This document shows positions 52,049 through 64,000 of a stretch of 64,000 nucleotides of DNA, one piece after another. The DNA lies in contig CAJFCJ010000008.1 of assembly GCA_904063045.1 (NCBI GenBank), positions 124,001-188,000 of the forward strand, written 5' to 3'. Numbering within the stretch: position 1 is the stretch's first letter; each line of letters starts with the position of its first letter. The notes beneath the pieces are model-generated. The model saw only the letters and a list, made by a program, of their open reading frames with translations. It did not search any database and was not told the DNA's origin. Made by a program: the position numbers and the translations under genes. This stretch comes from Dimorphilus gyrociliatus. Taxonomy: Eukaryota; Animalia; Annelida.

Positions 52049-54481
52049 ATGACACACTATACGGTTTATTATTACATTTTAATAATAATAAATTGTATTT
52101 TATTGGAGAAAGTTTCCTCTGCAACTGTTACTGAACCTTTGGTTGATGTTCATGCTGTACTTGGCCAAGACGCATACTTCTATTGTAAGGTTGAAAATCA
52201 AGGAGCAGCTGAAGTTATGGTTTTTTATAAAGTAATTAATTTTTTTATCGTAATTTAAAACCTTGTAGGAAACTTATATTTAGAATTATATTATATTGTA
52301 CAATAATTAATTGACAATGCATGAATGGATGTAATATGTAGTTGTATCATTGTATTGGGATATCTAGCATATTCCCTTGTACATCTAACGGTTAATTATT
52401 TCACTTTCCTAAAAAGGCGAGAAGTGTAAGAAATGTTAGTCGAGACGGCTTGTTAAATCCCGATCGACGAGATGTCCTTAATAAGATATGCTGTTTAGAA
52501 TTAGGTTTATATCGATTCGTATATATAAGATCGTATCCTGTAAAAAATCGGTTGAAACGTAACCGTTTCCTTTTCTTTTTTCTTACTCTTTTTCTTCTTC
52601 ATTCCTATTCTTCTTCTCTTGCTTTTCTTCTTTAGAAATAAAGGAATAGAGTTCTTCTAAAATTTGCTTGGCAAATAATCCATATCCCTAAAAACAACTA
52701 GAGAAAGGAAAGAGTTTTCCTCTTCCTCTAACCTGGCTTGTTTTTAAAAACCAACGCTAATAGGAAACTGGTGAAACTAATATTAGAATTAGAAGGAAGT
52801 TGTCGGAAGTTTATTATCCTGATTCTATACAGATAACAGTTAGATTAATAAATTAATAGAGTTTTTTTCTTTGTGTTTGTTATCGAGCTTACTGACTTAA
52901 AATCCTTTTTCATTTAAAATTAACAAGAAATGCATTGAGGGTCTCTTTTAGGGGATTAGCGAAGATTTGAAATGAGGTGACCGGGCTGAAAAGGCAAGGG
53001 TAATTAATTAATATATTCTATTGTTGTTGAATACAGCTAGACGGAGATGAGAAAACTTGGCTGAGTAAGGATTCCGTAGTTGCAGACCCAAACAAGTATG
53101 AGGTGACGGACACATATAGATTAAGAATAAAGAACGTCCAACTAAGCGATGAGGGCTACTACAAATGCACAATTGACACGTTTTCATTTACGGCTAATCT
53201 CACCGTTTGCGGTAGACCGACTTTCTTCCAAAACCTTTTTCTATGGCTCTCTTTCGAAGAAAAAAAAAATCGAATCTTTTTCTCTTTGACTTGTTTTTTT
53301 TCTATATATATAATTTTACTATACTGTTTTTTCTCTTTTATTCTTCCCTTATCCTTACGATATCTATTCTGTTACAGTACCGCCAGAGGAGATTTTAATT
53401 TACGAATCGCGTAACGAAGGCATCGGTGTTGGGAAGATGGTAGCTGTTAACTGCTCTGTTAAAAATGTTAGGCCTTTGCCAACATCTTTCAAGTGGTTTC
53501 TAAGAGATTCGCAATCTGTGCAAGACTTAAGCTATCAAAGCATTCGGTTCGATAGGCTTTCATCAGATGGTAAGCGTAATTATAGTATTAATAAACCGCT
53601 TATATTAGGAGAGCATTCTTCTCTATGAAAAGAAAGAGATAAAGGGCGTCTTCTTTATGACTTTATAATAAGCAGAACTTTTTCATTTTCTTAAAGGTAA
53701 TAGACCGAAAATGTCTTGCAATTGCTTGACATTTTAGCTAGAAATTCAGCCATTTCTTTTATCTTCATATCCGGTAATGAAGATTGTTAAAGGCAGTTCT
53801 AGTTGTAATTCTTTGCTCTATTTCTTTCAACTATTATTACAAATTAAGGCTAAGGTAACACTATTCTTAAGGATTAATAAGGGATTATAGTGAATAATTT
53901 ATCAACTTTATTTTCACCTCCCTATTAGGTGTTATATATAAAAAAGAGAATTTGCATACACTATATGTACAGTATAGATGAATGTACATTATTTACAAAT
54001 ATATGCAAATCAAGAAAATAACGTAAATATATAAAGTTTGTATACACAGCCATGAATATAAATCTATAATAAAATTGTAGTTACTTAATGAAAGGGCTAG
54101 GCCTATGATTTAATAAATGAAAAAGCAATATAAGAAATCTAGTTAATCCATATAGGATTCGGATCTTCGGAAAGTGTGCTAATCTTCACTCCAACGAAAA
54201 ACGACAGCGGAAAAATGATCGAATGTAAAGCCGATATGGAAAATTGCAATCTGTCGGCGAATATTTCGATGAGGATCGAATTGAGTGAGTTCTAAACAAT
54301 CTGCTTATCAATTTACTACTAAGCCTACTTTTCCTACTTTTCCTTCCTTTTTACCATATTTTATCTAATATTCAGATTTTCTTTCTTTTTCCTTCCTTCA
54401 ACAGATTCCTCCAACCGAGAAAATTATTATCGTTCTTATTCAATACTTCTAGCCGTATTCTATTATTATTTAACCTATTAA
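52049..54481 (+). CDS. Two-Ig-domain (V-type plus CD80-like C2-type) surface protein with a GPI-signal-like C-terminus (about 250 aa)
   Basis: Exons 52049-52231, 53037-53211, 53378-53569, 54156-54284 and 54405-54481 are frame-consistent. Ig1 is GQDAYFYCKVEN...LRIKNVQLSDEGYYKC...ANLTV. Ig2 is VPPEE...NCSVKNVRPLPTSFKWF...SESVLIFTPTKNDSGKMIECKA. The C-terminus NSSNRENYYRSYSILLAVFYYYLTY* has no cytoplasmic tail. Confidence 0.85.
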
Positions 54482-57400
54482 TTTTTTACCTGCTGGAGAA
54501 AAAAAATCATCCTTTGTGATATTATCAAAGAAGATAATCATTCTTACGTAATAATTTCTTAATAAATTGATTCTTTTGAAACATTTCCTTTAATCTATTA
54601 TGCATTTATGAATATTTATCACGTGTTGAGTGCCACAACTTTATCGCTTTATATAAATTTTATAGGCCTATATTATCAAATTTATTTTTAGGAAAGGGGT
54701 TATACTAAGAAATTACATTTCATCCCATTTCTATTCCATCATATCGAGAATTATATTGTTGTATTTATTAATCTAATTAATTAGATTATTTCAGTTTTAT
54801 ATTCGTTATCGTTCAAATATTTGTCTAAGTAGATTCTAGATGATAAAAAATAAATTTTCTAGTAAATATACTAAAGCTTTAGGCGTCTTTTACTGATGAA
54901 GTCTACTCCCTGTAGCAATTCGAAAATTTACATCTGTAAGATTTATTTCTTTAGTAATTTTTTATAATGAAACTTTTTGATAGAAAATAGAATAAAATCC
55001 TTTATTCGTTATTCTTTCAAACTGTATTATTATTCAATTTTTATTTATTAACCAATTTTCTACTTTATTTGAAATATTATCATTGTTTTCTTTAGGCTTA
55101 GTATGTTTGTTTTTTTTCTTACATAATATTTATAAAGTTGATTGTGTTATTTGCGTAAGCAACAACAGATATTTTAATAGGAGAAACGGTACTCCTGTAT
55201 AACATTCAAATGTTTGTTGCCCCCAGGTTATTCTATAGAATTTGTTCATCTAATTTTTGTAAAGGTAAGAAACAAAGAAACTGAGATTAATGCATGGAAA
55301 TAAAAAGATCACGTGATTAAAACACAAATCGTTTTCTATTCACGTCTTTCGTGTGTACAGTCAGATTGCGGGCAATGTTGCAGCCTGTGCATGTAGGCGG
55401 GGACCGAGTAAGGATTGATAGCGTGACGCGATAACTGAATGAATCATACAACTGCAAAATCGAAATGTCGTTCGGCGCGCTATGATATAACATTTGGGAA
55501 ATAGCTGTAGGTCATATAAGAGGCGGACGTTATTTTTTTTCTTTCTCTCCAAATAATGAACGATTCCAATTATTGAGTCACGGAACGGTTGCTCGGAGAT
55601 AGTGAGTGAGAAAGGGGGAAACGGTAGCCGCAAAGATAACGGTTCACGGGGTGAGGAATTACGTGCTTTAAGCGAAGAACCGGACGGCACCCGTTGAGTT
55701 GACCAATGAAAAGGCGAGCGTCTAAAGAGTGCAAAAACTGTCGGACCGAGCGTCTAGAGAGCGGGAGGAAGTAGCAGAGCGGAAGTACGCCGTCGCCAAG
55801 TGCGCCTTTGATCTATTCATCATTTTCTACACTGTATACTACAAACATATATCGCACGTAGCTGCTTGCAAATTACTTTCACCTTCCAGTTATGGACTCT
55901 TTTTCTTTCGCTACAGTCCCTTTTAAGGCATCTTTATTATGACGTCATATAAAACTGCGGGGTACGAGACGTTGAGTAGGAATTCCTTTCACATTTTATA
56001 TAAAAAAAGCTGGGCTGGAGTGGTTTCCTGCAATTTCCCATTGTTTAGCACCGTATTAGCAATAGATCTGTATAGACAAATTCCAATTCTTGGTGAATCA
56101 CCCATGCGAATTTACATTAATTGTTTGTGATTTGTAAACATTTCTACAAGTTTATCTTTTATTTTGATTGCTTTAAAGTACTTTGAATTAATTTTATATA
56201 TATTGGCCTAAAAAGAATGAGCCAATTTTTTTTTAACTGATTCCAACTCTCAAATAGACCCATGACGTGGAAAACTATAGAGATAACTGTTACAGATAGC
56301 AGACAATTACGGGATAATTCCTTATCTCGGCATTTATAAATGGGATTTCCAAAAAAAGAGAATAAGAGCGTAGGAAAAAAGAAGCGTATAATATTTCTTT
56401 CTGGAAGAAAAGAAGAAAGCATTTGATGGGGAGATAGTACAAATAATCGGTAGAAAAGAACAGAGGCAGGATGGAGACGGAGTAGGAACGATATGAGAGA
56501 CTCCTAAGTGCCTTGTTTATAGACATAGAGTGTTTAGACACCGAGCTTTTTTACTTGCCTAGTCAATTAGACGGCGAAATACGACGCCGAAAAGTCATTA
56601 GACGCTCGCCAACAATACAAACAAGACCGTTGAAAAACGGGCTGCAAAAAAAAGCCAACTGCAAAAATATTGCTCCAGGCGTTGCTGTTAGAAAAAGATG
56701 TCTACATGATCGAATTGGCGCTTATTACGCCTTTCTTGCGTGTTGGACAAAGACGTTTTATCCGCCCAGCGATTTGTAATATCTTTTCTCTTATTAAGGA
56801 AATTAAAAACTTTACTTTTTCGCGGTTTTTGAAAAACAAGAAAAGCTTTCACATGGATCATTTTGTCAATGATTTGTTTGTCTTCTGCACTATTGAAGAT
56901 ATTAATGATAATATTAAAGAAGGATATATGCAGTATATATACATATCATCGTATTAAATTCGGGCTATGTTGTATACGTATATTGTATACCGTATACAGA
57001 ATATATTTTTATATCATATATCTATATACAATATAGTGTTAAGCTTATTTTTATCAATCAATTAAAATTAATAAAGTTGAGAATACACCGTTAATGCTCT
57101 CACAGCAGCAGTAAATCTTTTCGGATCTTATCAAGAAAGGAAGAGTTGAATGGGACGTTAAAAAAGGAAATATTTCGACGTTACTCTCGTTAATGAAAAG
57201 AAAAAAATTAATTATTATAAAGCGTTAAAGCGTATATACTGGCATGAGAGCATGAATAAAGGATGCTTTATTGTTGTGAACGCTTTAAAAAAATGCTTCA
57301 TTAATCACGTGTTCATGAATACATCATTGCACAAATGTGTAACGTCCCCAGACGGTGATTACATAAGAGCTGGGCGCTTCCCTATTCCTAAAGTAAAGGG

Positions 57401-57809
57401 CCAGAGAAAATTACATTTGTTTCCTATAATAGGCCGAGTTAGGCAGGAACTATTATATATTACGAGCGTATATGGGTTTACCAAAGCTCCATACCCCAGT
57501 ATTGGTTACGCTAGACTGATACTTTCTCCGAGAGGAAAACAAATCTACCAAAACTGGAACATAAAAAGTGAACTTTATAGTATTTTATATATCTTTAAGT
57601 CAAATTTTACTATATTCTTATGGGGGCGATAAATTTGTAACAATTTATATTTAGCTAACGATTGAAACCAGTTTATTAAACCTGTGAGTGATTATTTGAA
57701 CGTGAGTGTGTATGTTTAACTCTGCGTGAATGAATGTATTTCTGTGTGTTTGTATGGGTTTCAATGAGTTACCACGTGTGTGTGTATTGTATATATGGTA
57801 TATATACAG

Positions 57810-57810
<1 letters not shown>

Positions 57811-57848
<38 letters not shown>
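57811..57848. repeat. Compound (AT)10(GT)9 microsatellite
   Basis: Read directly from the sequence. Confidence 0.95.
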
Positions 57849-60800
57849 TCGTGTGCGTGTACGTACGCGCTTATTTATAAGTGATTAGGCGATCTTTATG
57901 TATACGTTCGTTTGTAAATTAGGGTGTTACGTTTGACGAAAATAACTTATGTAATATTCATACGGTAACGTACTTGATTTAACAATTACATCGTTAATTC
58001 TTTTCAATTCTTTCTTCTCGTTGTCTCTTGTAATTGCTCCTGGAATAATTTTGCAAATGTTGTTTACATATTCCCTATGAAAATATAAAGGAAACTTTAT
58101 CTGTATATTTCAATGTTTTCATTTTCTATCATATACAAAGATATAGACGGAATACTGTATATATCGACTACTAATAGTTATCCAGATATAACCCACAAAT
58201 CACGTGATCAAGGAACGAATGGGCGTAGAAAGAAAACTATTAAACGCACTTCAACCGGAAGAAAAATAATGAAATCAACTCGATGTCAGCGAGCGCAATA
58301 ATCCAATAGAATTATCATTTCACAAATGCGCTTGTTCAACGTGACGCCTCGTTTAACTCATTAATATTCATAAGTACCTTAATTATAGAGGCACAAATGT
58401 TACGATGTACAATATAAGACGAAATATTATTTTTCCTCGAGCAACTGTTTATCGAATCGAATTTCGGCCATATTCGAGCACTATATATGTGACCGATCTT
58501 TCATCTATTCTTTCGTTGACAAACAATAAACGTTCGACGCTTTATAGAAAACGCTGTGTGAAATATTGATAGGGAGGGGCTGTCGAGTTTTTCACGCGTC
58601 ACTGAGCTCTGACAAACACTTTTAATGGTTTAACGTTGGATTTTTTTCCTGTATTTGTATATTTACACTATAGAAATGTTCATTAGCACTTTTAGATTAC
58701 AAAAGGCAACATATGTATTGTATGTATTGTACATATAAGAACATTATTAAAAGTACAATATTAGTAATGTAAAAATGAATACTGCTAAAGTACATGACTA
58801 TTATTATGCTTAAATTCATACAAATTCATACAAATACAACTTATTCAGAAAACTTAACCATGCAGTATTATGTAGTAATGGAAGTGTTAGCAAGATTGTG
58901 CTTTGTATTTTATATATCTGCATGATAGTTTTAAAATGGATACTTTTCTTCATCTATTATTTTATAGAATAATATTAAGAGTTAAAGTGCACGATATACT
59001 ACTTTTCTCAAGACACTGACTATTTATCAACTCAAGTTTTTCCCTCTAAATGGTTATTTTATTCCCTTGTAACTATATATATATTATGTACTGTATTATT
59101 AGAAGGGACCCTACTACCTAAAACGCTATGGTATACTAGCACATTCGTTTTTTATTAGACGTCTCTTATCTCTCCTTCTTCTGTTCCCTTCTCAAATTCT
59201 TTAAATTGTCGGTTGTCGTTTGAATAAAATGTCTTAAGATTTATGATATTCTATCAAGGTATATATAAAAAAAAACGATGGCATCTGGATTCGTAACGAA
59301 GAGAAATAACGCAATGTTGTATAAAGAAAGCGTATAGGAAAATTACCCTCCTATTTTCCCCTCTCTTTTTCCTCTTTTTATTTTTTAAAATGAGCATAGT
59401 TGATTACGGTGACGTCACAGTTTATGAACTCGCGAACTACTAATTATAATAGAGTAGGGTGAACTTTAATGAATAAAAGCATAATTGAAAGAAAATATCA
59501 GGGTATGTAAATGATTTTTCTATCGGGATTCCTTTTTTTATTCTCTACGTAAAAAGTGAAAGAAAAAAAACTAATGCATCTAATTTACATATATTATCGG
59601 CGTATTTATTTCTTCTTAATTACTCGAGATTGAATAGAAATGCGTTAGTCACGTGACATTTAGAGACGTCTGCATCGATCATATGACTGCAAAGGTCAAA
59701 GTTTATAGTAACAAAGACGATAACGCTGCTATATTGGAGCTTTCTACTAGATGCTAATTAAGCTTGTGTTTTTCTCTCGCCAACCGACACGAAGGTCATG
59801 TGACTCACTTAATTAGAAATTTTCGATGTGGCCTTTTTTGTTATATAATATTTATGTAGCTAAGGATTCTCCTACTGTAGTAGACAGCGTTTACATAGAA
59901 AGACACTAACCCAGTGAACGAAAGAAAGAAAGATAGAGAGAGGGAAAAACGGAGAGCAACGGAGGAATAGAAAGCGAGCGAGAGAAGAAGGGATAAAGAT
60001 AGAAAGAGAAAGAAAGTAGGGAAAAATGACAAAAAAAATGAAAAAAAAACTCGCTAGGTGGAGACAGTTGCCAGAGTCCAAAAACAAAACAATATCGTAT
60101 TGTAAATAGAGTAAAAAGATGTATGAATAAGACTAGGAATAGGAATTTCCAACTATTTAACATTTCCAATGTATTTATTTACTAAAAAAGATGAAAGAAA
60201 GTGTAGCATGTGGTCAGTTTATAGTTAGGCGATTAAAATCGTGAAAAAGACGAGGAGAGTAAACAACGTTAACGTTTTGACAAATTTCATTAGCATCTTT
60301 TCAGAAAAAGAAACGTGCGTAATAATGCGCACGAAATCATTCTAGACGACACAGAACAATTGTCCTATTGTATATAAGACGAATGAAACTCGTCATGTGC
60401 TACATTTGATTCATACTTTCTTTTCTATGGGCTATGTATTGCCAGTGGAGAAAAAATTCGATTTACTTGGGTCATATTTTCTTTTTACCCACTTCGTTAA
60501 AGAGAAATAAAAAAAAGATAGACAGAAAGGTTAAGCAAGTTACTTTTAATAAATTAAATCAAATTTAGATAAATTAGACAATAAATTAGAAGAATTTTTA
60601 GTCTGTCTTTTTTTTATTTTCCCTTATTCCTTTCATCTTACTTTATCATATATTAGAGGCAAAAAAGAAACTGTTGGGTTTTTGATATATTTTCCCTTTT
60701 ATTTTATTAATGGGAATTTTGGTACCCTTAGGGCAAAGGGCTCCTAGATCTCGATTTTTGTGATAAGTGTTTATAAATTTGCTATCTGATACGCAAAACC

Positions 60801-63800
60801 CGACACATTTAAGTTTTGTTTGTCAAGCACTCTTTGACTCTTTGAATCCATCTATACACTCTCTTTTTCTTTCTTTTACTATTATAAAAACCCAAATACA
60901 TATTGTTACAATTAACTGAGGATAGATCGTGAAAAAAGGTCATTTTATAAACTCTATTAAGTTGAATGATAAGAAAATTTGATTTGAACTTTTTAACCTA
61001 AATTTTTCGCTCTAAAACTAATCAAAAAAATGCCAATGGCTTGACTTTTCCCATCCATACATTTGTATTTAACCTTAGAAGTTTTGTAGGTCGATTTGGC
61101 TCATTAGCATCCCATTCGACCTACTAATTTAGAAAAACTGAAAGAGAATTTTGAATAGATAAATAAACTATTAATAAATAATAAGTCTTCTTTATGTCAT
61201 TTTATCTGTTATCTGTAAAAATGACCTCATTGTTTCAAGCAAATAAATAAGAGAAAACGTAATAAATCAGTCTATTGTTTTAAAGAGAGGTAAAAACAAA
61301 AATGGAGAGAAAGAGAGAAAGAGAGATAAAAGTAAACAAAACTTGGTAAGACTGAATGATTACTGTATATACACTTTATGAGGACGTAGGAACAGTAAGT
61401 TATATTCTGTATCATTTATAAGATTTCCACAAGATTTCATCAGCTAATTGCATACGTACACGCCTCTGCTAGTCACTATTATTCCTGCAAACCGAACTGT
61501 ATTCTTTTCGAAGTTTTAAAGCTCTACTTTTGTTCCTTTATATTCTACGTCCTCGCTTCCTTCCTTAATTAAAACAAACTAATATACTACCCTTGCCTAT
61601 ATGAATATATCTATATAGATGCACGCTTAGATAAAGATACAATGTAAAAAGTACACATCTATGTATTTATATGAATGTGCTATATCTCCTGCTTTATCTC
61701 ACCCAGGGGGGGCGGGGTTCGAGCGTGATTTGATGGACGTTATCGTCCTACTCCGACTTAATTTCGGATTCGTCTAAAGTCCACAGCGAACGCCTTTATT
61801 TGATCACGAAAGCGTCTCTTCTTATTCGTTAGTAGGATGGCTGTGTCCAACGAATTTATTTACCCAATTTTTCTTAATGTATATATAGGGAAAAAAAAGA
61901 GCAAAAGCGATTATAACGGTTGTGTTTAAAGAGGGAAATTGAAAGCTTTAAAATCTGTGATAAGCCTTAACGATCGTTATATTTGTTCCTTTTCTTGTTC
62001 ATACTAAAACACCCTATGCATTTATGGATTAAGGACGTAGCTAATGGGTTCCCAGATATGATTCTATAGATTAAGGATAGACCTATAAGAGATAACCTTT
62101 TCTACCTTAACCCTAGACGAACTGATTACCAAAACTTTTTAGATATTTTCAGAATCGATGGTAAAATCTATCATTCGAAATAACTGTCGTTATTTTTTCA
62201 GCCGTAAAACATCCTTATAGTAATTACATCCTGCCTATTTCAGCGTAATTATAAACAGCAACGCGTATAAAAAATGTTCTAACAAATCTGTTTGCCTTTT
62301 GCTTTCCAGAACTCTGTCTTTTTTTTGCGGTAATAGTTTATTAAACTAACTAATTGATTGTATTAAATTATGTAAATTAAGTATTCTGTTTATAATTACG
62401 ACGGCTTATTATTTAAATTAGGAAGTTTCTTATTAATCACATCTTGTTTATTATTTGTGTAAAGAACAACGAGTTTAGCCTGTTTATTCCATAGATTTCT
62501 AGAATTTCTTTCCCGTTTTTTTAGAAGTTGCTTTCAATTTCCGTTTCTTGGGTTATCGTTTACTTTTTCTTAAGTTTTGCGGGAAATTTCCCGATCTACG
62601 AATCGTTATTATAATTGGAACTTATTTAAAGTGTGCTCTTCAAGGCTTACAGCTCATCCTGAGCACTATAAGCTTTTTCGGAGTATTCGATAAGCGCCGG
62701 AAAGAATCGTCATGACACTCAAAAATAAGAAGTGATTACTAATAGGCATATACGCTGGAAGAAGAGGAAAATTCTATATATTTTCGAAATATTTGCCCTT
62801 TTTTATCAAGTATAGCTTAATATTAATAGTTGCTTATTTTCGTTCAAGCAACTTGAATGTTATATACTTATATATATATATTTGTAAGATTTATATTGAA
62901 AAAAATGTGTATTAAGCGCCATCTATAGTATATTTTATTGTTAAATTTAAACAAAGCCATCGAAATGCAGTCTAATATGCAGTCTAAAGATTTATTTACT
63001 TGATGAAATTAAAGAAATATCTTTTGAAACGTTGCAGAGACACTCGAAATAACGGAATTGATAAAATATGTGCAATAAAAAAAAAGAGCTTCTTTTTACT
63101 GAGTACAGAACATCATAGGATTAGTCTTTTTTTGTTTAATTTTAAAGTATAAGAAAGCCTCCAGATGGCGTATAATCTTCCTTCCGTTTAATTCTTTGGA
63201 ACAAAGCTTGGAACTTTCTTTAACTATTTTAAACGTTCTTTAATCCGTTGGCAATAAAATAAGAAAAAAAAACGGGCTAGCTTATTTCCAACGATCCTCC
63301 GAATCTATATTAACATCATAGTATTATGTTTTATGTATGAATAAGAAAAAAAGATATATATGGCCTTGTACACTACGTCTATTGTATACTTTTAAGTACA
63401 AATCACAAAAATAACATATTCTTAAGGAAGGATTTAATGAAATTTTCGGTTTTTAAAGAGAAAATGAAAGATATCTTCATTAATTCATCTATTCTATTGG
63501 AAACTTTAGAAAATGTTTCTACCTTATCCTTATGATAGATAAAATGGGGCGGAAATGAATCAATAAGTTTAACTGTACTTACACTATCATTTCATCATAA
63601 GGATATATTGTTATTTATTAAATATTTGAAAATTGGGTCAATTGAAAGTATTCAGTAGCTGGTTATTTAAACATTTCGTTAGGTGTTTATTAGTTTATCT
63701 CAAATGGTAAATGGAATAAATTGATGACAAGAGACATAGAGAGAGAGAGAGGGATTAAAAATCCTAGTAAACGATACTATTAGATGGAGCAAAGAGCTGG

Positions 63801-64000
63801 ATTTGGGAAAGAAAGATAAAAAAAAATGAAAAAGAATGTCTCCCTTGACCAAGACAGCAAATTAGTTGAAAGAGAAACTATTTTGCTAAAAATATCACAA
63901 TTCCTAGTGTATGTCAAGGTGATAGTTACTGATGGTAAGAAGTTCAATTCTGATATATTACTGGTGAAACCTGGGGCGTGAGAAAAGTAAGTTTTTTAGA

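Noticed and set aside
55361-55926. GC-elevated ORFs (109 aa on the minus strand, 65 aa on the plus strand)
   Set aside because: No domain or splice support. Ets-like GGAAGT and AGCGTCT motifs suggest regulatory DNA instead.
57252-57632. 126-aa ORF
   Set aside because: No recognisable motif, signal or exon context; probably a chance ORF.
61706-61726. GGTTCGAG resembling a Pol III B-box or tRNA T-loop
   Set aside because: Lacks the closing CC, an A-box and a cloverleaf.
63826-63991. Small ORF and GTAAGT donor at the right edge
   Set aside because: The frame stops before the donor, and it cannot be evaluated without sequence beyond the window.
1-64000. CRISPR arrays, operons, rRNA/tRNA genes, intact transposase or retroelement ORFs
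   Set aside because: None seen. The DNA is spliceosomal-intron-containing eukaryotic sequence, and most short ORFs in the track fall in microsatellites, introns or antisense to real exons.

Overview
This is AT-rich (roughly 70% by eye) eukaryotic DNA with mostly 50-140 nt GT-AG introns, i.e. a compact animal genome. A compact lophotrochozoan/annelid-type genome would fit, but that is inference only. I recognised no rRNA, tRNA, CRISPR or intact transposon. I built gene models by hand from splice sites and reading-frame continuity: (1) the 5' end of a minus-strand gene encoding a signal peptide, which appears to continue past the left edge; (2) a minus-strand tandem-FYVE protein of Pep7/Vac1/rabenosyn type (12041-14387); (3,4) two adjacent, highly diverged paralogous type-I membrane proteins with CUB-like repeats, a sushi-like module and a TM segment (15856-18383, 18686-21345); (5) an intronless LRR-Ig-TM protein (23606-25105); (6) a two-Ig, probably GPI-anchored protein (52049-54481). 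About 27 kb between genes 5 and 6 has no credible coding sequence, but it holds a strong orphan exon and several motif clusters. Two short TA-flanked words, TATAC[A/T]GTATA and TAGGCCTA, are far over-represented. They may be transposon excision scars, which is inference. Most entries in the supplied ORF track are spurious or are intron read-throughs.
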